A DNA stretch of 64,000 nucleotides, taken from positions 186,001 to 250,000 of the IMG/VR virus record IMGVR_UViG_3300023174_000038; one strand, 5' to 3'. This document shows, piece by piece, positions 15,671 through 25,308 of the stretch. The notes under the pieces were generated by a model that worked only from the letters and a program-made list of their open reading frames with translations, had not been told where the DNA came from and did no database searches. The first letter of the stretch is position 1; every line of letters starts with the position of its first letter. The translations under genes and the position numbers were made by a program.

Positions 15671-15846
15671 GTAAAGGTAGCTTGCCAAGACCTTATAGTG
15701 TTGATTTGAAAACTTTCAACAATAATTGGGATAATATCTTTCGCAAGCCTGATCCAAGAATTATTGAGGATCAAAAGAATGAAGATGAAGCATTTGAACA
15801 AATTGCTAGTCAATCAGAAGTTAAAGATAGTACCCAAGGTGGTTAA
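15667..15846 (+). CDS. Small hypothetical protein (MSKGSLPRP...)
   Basis: 59-aa ORF coupled by ATGA overlap. Confidence 0.55.
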   Translation: MSKGSLPRPYSVDLKTFNNNWDNIFRKPDPRIIEDQKNEDEAFEQIASQSEVKDSTQGG

Positions 15847-15855
15847 ATAGAATGT

Positions 15856-15930
15856 GGATCGTTAACTCAGTGGTAGAGTAGCGCCTTTACACGGCGAATG
15901 TCGGGAGTTCGACCCTCTCACGATCCACCA
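15856..15930 (+). tRNA. tRNA-Val(TAC)
   Basis: CGCC-TT TAC AC-GGCG, CCA. Confidence 0.93.
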
Positions 15931-15945
15931 AACAAAGGAGTAATT

Positions 15946-16086
15946 ATGAGCAAAAGTGAAGATGTAATTAATAGAGCATACGGACACATTGTCAAAGAAG
16001 TTACTCCGGTACTTATTTTTGATATTACTATATTTCGTGGTTTTAAATACTATTGGTACAAATTACTTAGAAAAGTAACAAGATAA
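15946..16086 (+). CDS. Small hypothetical protein
   Basis: AAGGAG SD then ATG 15946. Confidence 0.5.
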   Translation: MSKSEDVINRAYGHIVKEVTPVLIFDITIFRGFKYYWYKLLRKVTR

Positions 16087-16090
16087 AATT

Positions 16091-16627
16091 ATGGCACATC
16101 CGCAACAATTTAATTATATACAAAAACTTAAACTATTATATCCAACTCATTTCTTTAATAGCAAAGTACTTGAAGTGGGTAGTCTTAACATTAATGGTTC
16201 AATACGAATCTTTTTTAGTCATTGTGATTATTTAGGAATTGATGTTGGTCCGGGTAATGATGTTGACTTAGTATGTGAAGGTCAAACGTTAGATCATCCA
16301 GACAATACATATGATACAGTTGGTAGCTGTGAATGTTTTGAACATAATCCTTATTGGGTAGAAACATTCGTTAACATGCATCGTATGGCTAAACCAAATG
16401 GACTAGTGTTTATGACATGTGCTACTACTGGTAGACCAGAACACGGTACTACTCGTACTACACCACAAGATAGTCCTCTTACTACAGGTATAGGGTGGGA
16501 CTATTATAGAAATTTAACTGAAGAAGATTTCAGAAAAGAATTAGACATAGATAATATGTTTAGTACATATAAATTTGAAGTGGGTTCACCCCATGCAGAT
16601 TTGTATTTTTATGGTATTAAAAAATAA
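16091..16627 (+). CDS. Class I SAM-dependent methyltransferase
   Basis: VLEVGS, YLGIDVGPG, CFEHNP. Confidence 0.8.
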   Translation: MAHPQQFNYIQKLKLLYPTHFFNSKVLEVGSLNINGSIRIFFSHCDYLGIDVGPGNDVDLVCEGQTLDHPDNTYDTVGSCECFEHNPYWVETFVNMHRMAKPNGLVFMTCATTGRPEHGTTRTTPQDSPLTTGIGWDYYRNLTEEDFRKELDIDNMFSTYKFEVGSPHADLYFYGIKK

Positions 16628-16635
16628 AGGTAAAT

Positions 16636-16857
16636 ATGTCACAAAGCAGAGCAAGATATTCAAGTGAAGAAGCCGCACTTATGGTCGGTAATCGTTTTGA
16701 TTTAGTTCTTATCGCTTCACAAAGAGTAAGAGAATTAAAGCGAGGACATCGTTCACTACTTACTACTAAAGCAGGACCAATGGTAACTGCATTAGAAGAA
16801 ATTGAACAAGGACTTGTTGGACGTGAATATCTTAAACGTATTAGAAAAAATTTGTAA
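16636..16857 (+). CDS. rpoZ: RNA polymerase omega subunit
   Basis: ARYSSEEA..VGNRFDLVLIASQRVREL..ALEEIEQG. Confidence 0.9.
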   Translation: MSQSRARYSSEEAALMVGNRFDLVLIASQRVRELKRGHRSLLTTKAGPMVTALEEIEQGLVGREYLKRIRKNL

Positions 16858-16861
16858 ATAT

Positions 16862-16935
16862 ATCTCCCTAATGTAATGGCAGCATACCGGTCTCCAAAAC
16901 CGTTAGTCAAGGTTCGAGTCCTTGGGGGGATGCCA
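16862..16935 (+). tRNA. tRNA-Trp(CCA)
   Basis: CGGT-CT CCA AA-ACCG, G73-CCA. Confidence 0.9.
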
Positions 16936-16949
16936 AATAAAGGAATGTT

Positions 16950-17552
16950 ATGCCCGCTGTATTTTTAACAAGTGACACCCACTTTGGGCATGCCGGAGTA
17001 TGCCATTTCACACGTAACGATGGGGTTACAAAACTTCGCCCATGGACTGATCCAGATGAGATGGATGAAGAAATGGTTAAGCGTTGGAACGAAACAGTAC
17101 GACCTAATGATAAAGTATATCATTTGGGTGATGTTGTAATCAATCGTAAAGCACTAAAGATTATGAGTCGGTTAAACGGTGACAAAGTATTGATTCGTGG
17201 TAACCACGATATCTTCCGTGATGATGAGTATAGAGAACACTTTAGAGAGTTACGTGCCTATCATGTTATGAATGGAATGATATTAAGTCATATTCCTATA
17301 CATGAAGAATCATTGGGACGATTTGGTGTTAACATTCACGGTCATTTACATGCCAATCGTGTAATGAAACATGTTGAGACTTTACATGAGTTTCATGAAC
17401 GTGGTAGTAGACATTATATTGATGTACGTTATCATTGTGTATGTGTAGAACATACAGACTATAGACCTATATTGTTTGAAGATGTTATCAAACGCATTGA
17501 AAGTGAAGGTGGTACTGTAGGATTTAAGAACGGTAATGGACCTACAATGTAA
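16950..17552 (+). CDS. Calcineurin-like metallophosphoesterase
   Basis: SDTHFGH, LGD, GNHD, SH, HGHLH. Confidence 0.9.
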   Translation: MPAVFLTSDTHFGHAGVCHFTRNDGVTKLRPWTDPDEMDEEMVKRWNETVRPNDKVYHLGDVVINRKALKIMSRLNGDKVLIRGNHDIFRDDEYREHFRELRAYHVMNGMILSHIPIHEESLGRFGVNIHGHLHANRVMKHVETLHEFHERGSRHYIDVRYHCVCVEHTDYRPILFEDVIKRIESEGGTVGFKNGNGPTM

Positions 17553-17580
17553 AAATAGACCCTTCGGGGTCTATTTTTTT
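17551..17580 (+). terminator. Bidirectional intrinsic terminator
   Basis: AAAATAGACCC-TTCG-GGGTCTATTTTTT. Confidence 0.85.
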
Positions 17581-17585
17581 GGCTA

Positions 17586-18806
17586 TCATCTGACTATTTG
17601 ATTGTTAGAATAATCTTGTAGATACATACGACCTCTAGGTACTCTATTCTTTACAGCGTATTTTTCTAGGTCTTGCATAGCTTGTTGTTGTGTTTTATTT
17701 ACTGCGGTTGCAACTTGCCTTCCTGCATTATATATTCTCCAATCACTTATACGTGGACCTTCAGGTTCAGTAGGTTGTGTTGCTTGAGTTGGTTCAGGTT
17801 CAGCTGGTTGATTTACAAAAACATTATCATCCGGTGGTATATCCTTGCTCGGTGCACCTGGGGTTGATTTATAACTTTGAGGGAATTTTGCTACTATTTG
17901 TTTGGCAGCTTCTCTAACATCATATCCGTCAGGTGGACTAATTTCTTTACTACCGGCTTTTACTTCACCAGCTTTTGTAAGTATTGCTTTAACAATTTCT
18001 TTCATTAATCCGGGAAATCTTTTAGCAAACTCAGCATCAGCGCCAACTCTATTATATCTTTGATCCTGTGTACTATTTACAAGTTGACTAGTAGGTGCAT
18101 GTAATTGCCACTTTCCATTTTTATTATCAATGTTTTGTTTATCAACAATACTAACGATAGGACCATCAGGAGCATAATTATTAAACCAATTTAATCCACT
18201 AGATCCACCTGTACAGAAGTTACTCATGTGTCCTGTTTGGTTATTAAATGTATAACAAGCACCGTAGTTCAATGGCATGATAACATGAAATCTATCATTA
18301 TCTAGTAATACAATTTCTTTTCTATTACGTTTATGCTTTTCTAATGCTTCAGCATCTTTAATTCTTCGTAGAGTATTACGATACTCATCTTTTCCCATTG
18401 CCTGTTGTAATGCCCGTATACTAGGAAACTTATTAAAGTCTTGATCTGGCTTCTGTAATAAACCACGTGTACTTAATGCTTGCCATGCACCTAATGCATC
18501 TCCGCCCTCACCATTCAAATCTTCATAATCTATAGCATGATTGTTATATAGTTTTAATAACCAATTATCAAACTTACCTTCTTTGCTCAAATCACCATAC
18601 TCATTTTTAGCTAGTGTTTGATTAACTAATTTACTCCAAGATTGAACATAATCAGCGACTGTGGGTCTTGGACCCATATCTGCTATTTCATTTTTAGGGA
18701 ATGTCCTATCATGTCTGACAGCAATAGCTAACATTTTTGCTAGCTTTGGGTCCTTCATTATATTAGTACCTATATTAGCTTCTGTTAAAAAGTGTGTTGC
18801 TCTCAT
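17586..18806 (-). CDS. Hypothetical protein, possible virion internal protein
   Basis: 406-aa ORF; N-terminus MRATHFLTEA. Confidence 0.7.
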   Translation of the reverse strand: MRATHFLTEANIGTNIMKDPKLAKMLAIAVRHDRTFPKNEIADMGPRPTVADYVQSWSKLVNQTLAKNEYGDLSKEGKFDNWLLKLYNNHAIDYEDLNGEGGDALGAWQALSTRGLLQKPDQDFNKFPSIRALQQAMGKDEYRNTLRRIKDAEALEKHKRNRKEIVLLDNDRFHVIMPLNYGACYTFNNQTGHMSNFCTGGSSGLNWFNNYAPDGPIVSIVDKQNIDNKNGKWQLHAPTSQLVNSTQDQRYNRVGADAEFAKRFPGLMKEIVKAILTKAGEVKAGSKEISPPDGYDVREAAKQIVAKFPQSYKSTPGAPSKDIPPDDNVFVNQPAEPEPTQATQPTEPEGPRISDWRIYNAGRQVATAVNKTQQQAMQDLEKYAVKNRVPRGRMYLQDYSNNQIVR

Positions 18807-19708
18807 TATACTAAACTCCTTTTTAGATAAGCAAGAACCGCACTTAATTTCTGTCTATCTCCGTTAGCTATATCTGACAACACTTTTGTAGGACCGTCAT
18901 TCTTTTCTGATGATAAACTACTATCACGATATCTATAACCACTGGTTACATTACCTGTTAATTCTGGATAGTAATATCTTGCCGTTAAAACTATACTATT
19001 GTTTACAGCACTAGTAAGTAATTCAGTCATGGCACCATTATCTAAACCTTCAATTGCCTGATCAATTAATTTTACCTGATCAATTTTCTTATCTACTTTG
19101 TGATGAGCATCATTTTTTGCCATACTAGCAATAACGCCATTAATATCAGCTTTAGAAGCAATTAGTATTTTCTTAAAAAGTGGTTTGAATCGTTTGGTTA
19201 ATTTATTCGTAGTAGTAAAGCCTGCAGGCTCTGGTTTATTGCTAGCACGATCCTGGCGTAATTGTTTAGAGTACTCACTATCCATGAAGTAAAATTTTCT
19301 AGCATCACCTACAATCTTTTTTAACAAACTATTAGCATCGGTAACATTGTCTGCAAAGGTAGAATATACCATATTGCCCTCATCAGGATCAGGTTTACCG
19401 TTACTAGCGAATATTTGATATGAACCAGACCTTGATGCTCTTCTTCCATAGCTATCGGATACCATAAATCTTACTGCGCCGAATCCTTTATTACCTGCTA
19501 TTAATAACCATGTCCCGGGATGATCTTTTAGATCAGTCCATTTGGGTCTGACCGCAGGTTCAGGCTGAATATCATGACCAAAAGCTTCTTTAGAGTGTAA
19601 CTGTTTTAATATTTCTTGTGCACCTGGCCCGGTAAATTGAGCCATAGCTGTACTGGCTTCTGAAACTATGCTTTCGCATAATTGTGAAAAATACTTATAA
19701 TTATCCAT
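18806..19708 (-). CDS. Hypothetical protein, possible virion internal protein
   Basis: 300-aa ORF; N-terminus ...LCESIVSEA; TAAATA upstream. Confidence 0.7.
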   Translation of the reverse strand: MDNYKYFSQLCESIVSEASTAMAQFTGPGAQEILKQLHSKEAFGHDIQPEPAVRPKWTDLKDHPGTWLLIAGNKGFGAVRFMVSDSYGRRASRSGSYQIFASNGKPDPDEGNMVYSTFADNVTDANSLLKKIVGDARKFYFMDSEYSKQLRQDRASNKPEPAGFTTTNKLTKRFKPLFKKILIASKADINGVIASMAKNDAHHKVDKKIDQVKLIDQAIEGLDNGAMTELLTSAVNNSIVLTARYYYPELTGNVTSGYRYRDSSLSSEKNDGPTKVLSDIANGDRQKLSAVLAYLKRSLV

Positions 19709-19729
19709 ATATGTATTTATTCTTTCCGT

Positions 19730-20320
19730 TTATTTACGTCCTATAATCATATATCGTTTATAGCCATTAGTCTCATATTGTATGTTTGTAACACCGGAAT
19801 ATATCAAATTACTTAAATTAAACCGATTAACTAACTCATCTAAACTATCGGTTGTTTGTTTTATAAACCAAGGGAATTCAGGATCTTTCATATTAGTAGT
19901 TTGAATACATACCAATTTTCCTTTTGGAACTGAATCATACCATTTATTACTATCCATTTGGTCTATACTACAGTTAATAAAAATGCTATTAATACAGTTA
20001 CTAAAATCATAGTCATTAACGTCCTGTACATGATTATAAACTCTAGGTAATTCATATTTCCACATATTACATATTTTATTAGCATTAGTTATTGCTTCTG
20101 GATTTATATCATAACCATGAACCTCATAATAGAATGTAGGGTTACGTGTAAGTAGCATAAATGCTAATAGATTATCCCAGCACCCTAGAATATGTAATGA
20201 GGGTATGCTAATACATTCACGATGTATAGCGTTTTCTAGTTCCTCACATAGCCATAGTTTGCTTTTAATCAATCCATGATAAAAGGATTCATGTGTATCA
20301 AATTTAGTTGAATTTGTCAT
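19730..20320 (-). CDS. Methyltransferase-fold protein
   Basis: SKLWL, ILGCW, GYDIN, FINCS, RYMIIG. Confidence 0.6.
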   Translation of the reverse strand: MTNSTKFDTHESFYHGLIKSKLWLCEELENAIHRECISIPSLHILGCWDNLLAFMLLTRNPTFYYEVHGYDINPEAITNANKICNMWKYELPRVYNHVQDVNDYDFSNCINSIFINCSIDQMDSNKWYDSVPKGKLVCIQTTNMKDPEFPWFIKQTTDSLDELVNRFNLSNLIYSGVTNIQYETNGYKRYMIIGRK

Positions 20321-21209
20321 TTTCAGTTACCGTTGTATTTAATAGTGTTTTGATAGTATTATTCCATTTAATGTGAGATTTAGTAAGTTTTAATTGTTTA
20401 ATTAAATCTATTTTATATTTTAATAAATTGAATTTTGACGTTTTATGATTTTCCCAACCATAACTTCTTAGTCTGGGTTTTAATTCAGGGTACATAGTTT
20501 GATACATACGTGATTTAAAATTGGATACATCTTCTCCTAGTACATAATTATCCAAATGTATTTGTATTAGTTTACTACTAGATTCTAAACTATATCCGAT
20601 CATATTACCTATACCGTGTATACCGTTATCAGTCATAAACCGTTCATAACTGGCAAACTCTAGTCTAAAAGGTGATAATACTTTATTTGGAATGTGTGTT
20701 TGCGGCCAAGGCCAATCTCCCCCTATAATAGGGAAATAATTACATTGTTCAATTAACCATAAATGTGTTGCTACATGAGGTTCTATGATATAATAAGGTG
20801 TCAAATAGGACAAATGTTTCCCATTCTCAAAAAATTTATCAGCATCTAATTCAACCAGTTTATGAGTTATATTATTTTCTCTACAAAATTTTTCAGCATA
20901 ATATAAATCATGGGTATTAATGATTAACCCTTCTATTTTAATCATCAATGTGATAGCTATTACCGGTATATTGTTTTTTAAACAGTATAACAATACTAAT
21001 TCACTATCTAATCCACCACTATATAATACCTCTACATATTTGGTCTGTCTGTTGGATAAATGGTCATTAAATATATCCGTAATATCACGCCCATATTCAA
21101 ATGGCACATCTAATAATTCTGTGGTAAATCTATGATAATTTTCTCCTAATTCTAGGGTACATTTCTTAAAATCATTTAATCCAACAGTCCATTCAATAAC
21201 ATTTTCCAT
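20304..21209 (-). CDS. PP-loop protein, paralog of 498-1424
   Basis: LYSGGLDSE; NTHDLYYA; matching layout. Confidence 0.7.
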   Translation of the reverse strand: MENVIEWTVGLNDFKKCTLELGENYHRFTTELLDVPFEYGRDITDIFNDHLSNRQTKYVEVLYSGGLDSELVLLYCLKNNIPVIAITLMIKIEGLIINTHDLYYAEKFCRENNITHKLVELDADKFFENGKHLSYLTPYYIIEPHVATHLWLIEQCNYFPIIGGDWPWPQTHIPNKVLSPFRLEFASYERFMTDNGIHGIGNMIGYSLESSSKLIQIHLDNYVLGEDVSNFKSRMYQTMYPELKPRLRSYGWENHKTSKFNLLKYKIDLIKQLKLTKSHIKWNNTIKTLLNTTVTENDKFN

Positions 21210-21297
21210 GATAATATTTAGTTGCTAAAAAATGTCGCTAAATAATAGCATATTTTAAATTTATGCTAAATACGAATAACACTACTCCGAGGCTAAA

Positions 21298-21798
21298 ATG
21301 CTACATTTCATCAAAGATATCACACACAAACTATTAGAATTTATTAAAGACGATCCAGTAAGACCGGAAATATCAACCGATTTTCGTGTTAGTAATGGAC
21401 GATTAGTTGCCGCATTAACTGATGAATCACCAGATAATCCTGATGCTATGGTATGTGTTAGTTTTCATGATTTTATTCCAGAGAATGTTAAAGATTTAGA
21501 TAATACTACCCAAGTACCAACAACAGCAGTATTTTATACTATATGGAGTTATAAAGCCGGTAAAGGTGCCGAATTATTATATCAAGCGGTTAAGGGTATT
21601 CAGGAACAATATCCCAGTGTTAATAGATTTGTAACATTAAGTCCTAAAACTAATATGGCAAGAAGATTCCATTTACGTAATGGTGCTATTGTTTTTAGAG
21701 AGAATATAGAAACTATTAATTATGAATATACACCAACAGTAAATACAGATAATAACTCGGAGAATAATAATGAGCAAAGAGAATCTATTAATAGTTAA
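21298..21798 (+). CDS. GNAT-fold protein resembling the malonyl-CoA decarboxylase C-domain
   Basis: TTAVFYTIWS and FVTLSP motifs. Confidence 0.5.
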   Translation: MLHFIKDITHKLLEFIKDDPVRPEISTDFRVSNGRLVAALTDESPDNPDAMVCVSFHDFIPENVKDLDNTTQVPTTAVFYTIWSYKAGKGAELLYQAVKGIQEQYPSVNRFVTLSPKTNMARRFHLRNGAIVFRENIETINYEYTPTVNTDNNSENNNEQRESINS

Positions 21799-22063
21799 TG
21801 AAGTAGAAGATGAAGATCCGGAAATGTGGCAATATGAACATAGTGCCATTATTGCATCAGAATTTATTAATGATGTATTATTAAATCAATTAGATAAATT
21901 TGAACTAGATAATGATGATGACACCTATATATATGGTATTGCTAGTCATGGATTATTTGTTTCATTAATAGCACGTTTAGGTGAAATGGGATATTCTGAA
22001 AAAGAATTACGTAAAGAAATTAAAACGTGGCTTAATACAAGTGTAGGACAAGTAATACATTAG
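21770..22063 (+). CDS. Acidic hypothetical protein
   Basis: ORF with GGAG SD. Confidence 0.6.
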   Translation: MSKENLLIVNEVEDEDPEMWQYEHSAIIASEFINDVLLNQLDKFELDNDDDTYIYGIASHGLFVSLIARLGEMGYSEKELRKEIKTWLNTSVGQVIH

Positions 22064-22209
22064 TATTACATTTTTCACAAACAAAAGTACTACTTTTGCT
22101 CCCTTAGGGGCTTCAAAATCGCTAGAAAGTTCAGGAACTTATACTGATACACTTCTAGCGGTTTTTGCCAATATTTGACAATAAATGGGCTTTCATGTAC
22201 AATTCATCT

Positions 22210-22548
22210 ATGAACTCAAAAATCGCCCGTAAACGTAGAACAGATCGCAATCAAGTGATATACTATATACAAGATACAGTAACACTTGAGTATTATGTTG
22301 GTTTGACTGCCCTTTGTTTTGCAGGTAATGTCCGTAAGACACTAGTCCGTCGTATGCAAAAACATATGCAACGGGCCATGACTGAAAACAAAACTTGGGG
22401 TTTAAGTCGTGCATTACGTGAGCGAGGTGCTGAACGTTTTGTATTTGGAGTAGTTGAAGTTGTGCGTGGCAAACGTCCTGCACATGCCCGTGAAACAGAA
22501 TTGATTAACACATTGCAACCAGCATTGAACACATTTGGAGTAAAATGA
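22210..22548 (+). CDS. GIY-YIG domain protein
   Basis: VIYYI...YYVG...R..KH...E..LI...LN; sigma70 promoter at 22176-22204. Confidence 0.7.
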   Translation: MNSKIARKRRTDRNQVIYYIQDTVTLEYYVGLTALCFAGNVRKTLVRRMQKHMQRAMTENKTWGLSRALRERGAERFVFGVVEVVRGKRPAHARETELINTLQPALNTFGVK

Positions 22549-22772
22549 AATTAAACAATATATTGCAATGGATCGGTGCAGTATTCATTATTGTTGGTCA
22601 TATATGTAATGCAGTTGGACCTGATGCTCATCCCTACAATATTGTAGCATTTACATTGGGTACAATTATGTTTTTAACATGGACAATACGTGTAAAGAAT
22701 AATCCGCAACTGGTAGTAAACATTGTAGCAATAGTCACTTGTTTAATTGGTTTAGTTAATGCATGGAGATAA
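22545..22772 (+). CDS. Small membrane protein
   Basis: Three hydrophobic segments. Confidence 0.65.
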   Translation: MKLNNILQWIGAVFIIVGHICNAVGPDAHPYNIVAFTLGTIMFLTWTIRVKNNPQLVVNIVAIVTCLIGLVNAWR

Positions 22773-22773
22773 T

Positions 22774-23034
22774 ATGAACAAAAAAATTGAAGAATTGATG
22801 TATCATGCTGGCCTTACTGCACAAGGATGCTGGGATGAAATGGATGAATACGACCGTAATGCTATTGAAACTTTTGCCGAACTAATTGTTTTGGAATGCG
22901 TTACTGTACTAGATACGGCTCATGAGGATGCTAGATTAAGTAGTAATTTTGGTGAATCTTTGTTAGCCCTATTAAAGTGTTTTGGTCAAGGTCATGCAAC
23001 ATATTTAAAAGAACATTTTGGAGTTGAAGAATGA
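22774..23034 (+). CDS. Hypothetical protein
   Basis: GGAG SD; FAELIVLEC motif. Confidence 0.6.
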   Translation: MNKKIEELMYHAGLTAQGCWDEMDEYDRNAIETFAELIVLECVTVLDTAHEDARLSSNFGESLLALLKCFGQGHATYLKEHFGVEE

Positions 23035-23339
23035 ACAAATTAGTTAGAGATGGAATGGTTGCTGTATTGTATAGTCCCGACTACGGTTCGGGATGGTATA
23101 CGTGGAATCACGACCATCCTGAAATATTATTTGATCCTGCTATCGTTAAGTTAGTAGAAGAAAATAAATGGGATGAATTGAAAACATATGTTACACTAAA
23201 ATATCCTAAAATATTTATTGGTGGTATGGATGATTTGAGAGTAGCATGGATACCTGAAGGTGCAATGTTTAGAGTAAACGAATATGACGGAGATGAATCT
23301 ATTGAATTGAAAGATGATGCGGATTGGTTTACGGCATAA
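23031..23339 (+). CDS. Hypothetical protein
   Basis: VAVLYSPDYGSGW...EYDGDE. Confidence 0.65.
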   Translation: MNKLVRDGMVAVLYSPDYGSGWYTWNHDHPEILFDPAIVKLVEENKWDELKTYVTLKYPKIFIGGMDDLRVAWIPEGAMFRVNEYDGDESIELKDDADWFTA

Positions 23340-23364
23340 GTAATGTATTATTGGGGGCTGATTA

Positions 23365-23601
23365 ATGAATAAAAAAATTAAAGATATTGCCAAAGAGGCT
23401 GGCTTTGTTACTTGGGCCAATGAATCATGGGGGCCAGGTGCAGGCAAGATTGATTGGGCTGGCCCGTATGATAAAGAACTAGAAAAGTTTTATGAATTAG
23501 TTGTACGTGAATGTGCCAAAGAAGTTAAGGATGTATATAAACAGGGCGGTGGCACATATGGTGAAGTTATTTTAAAAAAAATGAATGTTAAAATCAAATG
23601 A
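23365..23601 (+). CDS. Hypothetical protein
   Basis: FYELVVRECA, related to 22774-23034. Confidence 0.6.
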   Translation: MNKKIKDIAKEAGFVTWANESWGPGAGKIDWAGPYDKELEKFYELVVRECAKEVKDVYKQGGGTYGEVILKKMNVKIK

Positions 23602-23709
23602 TACTTTATATAACTAATAAAGCTCGTACAGTCTTTCTACCCTACGAAGAAGGTATGATTGAATGGCTACATGAGAATTATCCTTTCAGTCAATATAGAA
23701 TAGAAGAAT

Positions 23710-23913
23710 ATGAAAAGTAAAGAACAAATTATAACTGATATGTGTTATACATATCGGCAAGATTATGGTTTAGATAAAGACCCAAATAGTCCATCATGGT
23801 GTGCAGGCATGACACCGGAAGAACGCAACGGATTATATAATACAATGGCTCAAATTTATGAAAATAACATTGCACCACTATTAAAACATTATGGAGAGAA
23901 AAATGGAAAATGA
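23710..23913 (+). CDS. Hypothetical protein
   Basis: ORF in co-oriented string. Confidence 0.55.
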   Translation: MKSKEQIITDMCYTYRQDYGLDKDPNSPSWCAGMTPEERNGLYNTMAQIYENNIAPLLKHYGEKNGK

Positions 23914-24067
23914 TAACCGTGTTGAAATTGAATTAGATTTAAATGAACATGAAGTATATTTGTTGGCTATGGAAGCACATAAACGTGATATTACGCTAAA
24001 TAAGATGATAGAGAGTATTTTACAAGAAGTGGTTGACAAACATAAAGTCAACGAAACACTAGTGTAA
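23903..24067 (+). CDS. Small protein, possible ribbon-helix-helix
   Basis: MENDNRVEIELDLNEHEVYLLAMEAHKRDITLNKMIESIL...; GGAG SD. Confidence 0.5.
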   Translation: MENDNRVEIELDLNEHEVYLLAMEAHKRDITLNKMIESILQEVVDKHKVNETLV

Positions 24068-24094
24068 AACGTTATATAAGTATAGGAGATAGTT

Positions 24095-24397
24095 ATGAAA
24101 AAAATTCTATTAGCATTATCATTACTAGCGGTAACCGGAACAGCAATGGCACAACACTATCATGGACACGGTTTACGTCACGGTGGTTACTATCGTGGTC
24201 CTGGAGTAGGTTGGTGGGTAGCTCCTGTAGTTGTAGGAGCGATCGGTTATGAATTAGGTCGTCAACAAGTTATTGTACAACAACAGCCGGTAGTTATACA
24301 ACAGCAAACTGTGCCAGCTAATGTAACATGTACCGATTGGAAAGAGGTACAAACATCAGATGGAAAAATATATAGAGAACGAACTTGTACACAGTAA
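24095..24397 (+). CDS. Secreted hypothetical protein
   Basis: Signal peptide; AGGAG SD. Confidence 0.7.
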   Translation: MKKILLALSLLAVTGTAMAQHYHGHGLRHGGYYRGPGVGWWVAPVVVGAIGYELGRQQVIVQQQPVVIQQQTVPANVTCTDWKEVQTSDGKIYRERTCTQ

Positions 24398-24442
24398 CCA
24401 AAATGTCTTGTGTGATATTGTTCAATATGTTACAATATTCAT

Positions 24443-24730
24443 ATGAACGATATTTTTTATGGAATTTTTAATTGGATCAAAGATGATTACCGTACTCATC
24501 CTATTAGGTTTATCATTGAGTTGCTTGCTTGGGGCATTTCAATTGGGTGTTCAATTACCATGGCTCTCACAGTCCCCAATCCGCCTTTACTTGCTTTGTA
24601 CCCTATTTGGATCTTCGGCTGTAGTCTCTATGCTTGGGCTAGTTTTACTAGGAAATCTTTTGGGATGTTGGCTAACTACTTGTTACTTGTGACAATTGAT
24701 AGTGTGGGATTAATAAGGATGATAATGTGA
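24443..24730 (+). CDS. Membrane protein
   Basis: Three hydrophobic helices. Confidence 0.65.
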   Translation: MNDIFYGIFNWIKDDYRTHPIRFIIELLAWGISIGCSITMALTVPNPPLLALYPIWIFGCSLYAWASFTRKSFGMLANYLLLVTIDSVGLIRMIM

Positions 24731-25104
24731 TAAACAAATTAGAACAATATAAAAAATACTTTGCCTTTACCGGTACTAGTACTCGTAGTGAATATTGGGG
24801 TGTATACTTAATTAGTTGGGCCCTATTAGGTCTTACTAGTACATTGGCTTTTATAGTATTTGTATTAAGTTTACCCTTTACTATTGTAGTAATAGGATTA
24901 CTCGGATGGATTACTTCACTGGCAATATTATGTGTAGGTAGTGTACTATCATGTTGGTTATGGATTGCAACCACAATTAGGCGTTGTAATGATGCTGGAA
25001 TCAATTCATGGTTTGCTATTACCGTATTATTACCCCCACCTTTTGGAACTATTCCAGTCGTTGTATTTGGGTGCTTAGATCCTGACACTACTGCCAAAAA
25101 TTGA
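24727..25104 (+). CDS. DUF805 family membrane protein
   Basis: YFAFTG...RSEYW...RRCNDAG. Confidence 0.8.
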   Translation: MINKLEQYKKYFAFTGTSTRSEYWGVYLISWALLGLTSTLAFIVFVLSLPFTIVVIGLLGWITSLAILCVGSVLSCWLWIATTIRRCNDAGINSWFAITVLLPPPFGTIPVVVFGCLDPDTTAKN

Positions 25105-25137
25105 CATAAATACGTTTCCTATGTTATAATATGCATT

Positions 25138-25296
25138 ATGAAACAAAAAATACTATCATTCATTATTGAACAGCCCAAACATCGGGCACATAGAGTGTTG
25201 TTTTCTTGCAACACACCGTTCAAACCTAAGGTTGTACAATCTAAAAAAGGTCTGTACAATCGTAAACCTAAGCATCCAAACCGCACTGAAATTTAA
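25138..25296 (+). CDS. ArfA-like alternative ribosome rescue factor (52 aa)
   Basis: TPFKPKVVQSKKGLYNRKPKH vs E. coli ArfA [23 protein letters not shown]; own sigma70 promoter 25101-25130. Confidence 0.6.
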   Translation: MKQKILSFIIEQPKHRAHRVLFSCNTPFKPKVVQSKKGLYNRKPKHPNRTEI

Positions 25297-25308
25297 CAAG
25301 GTAAACAT

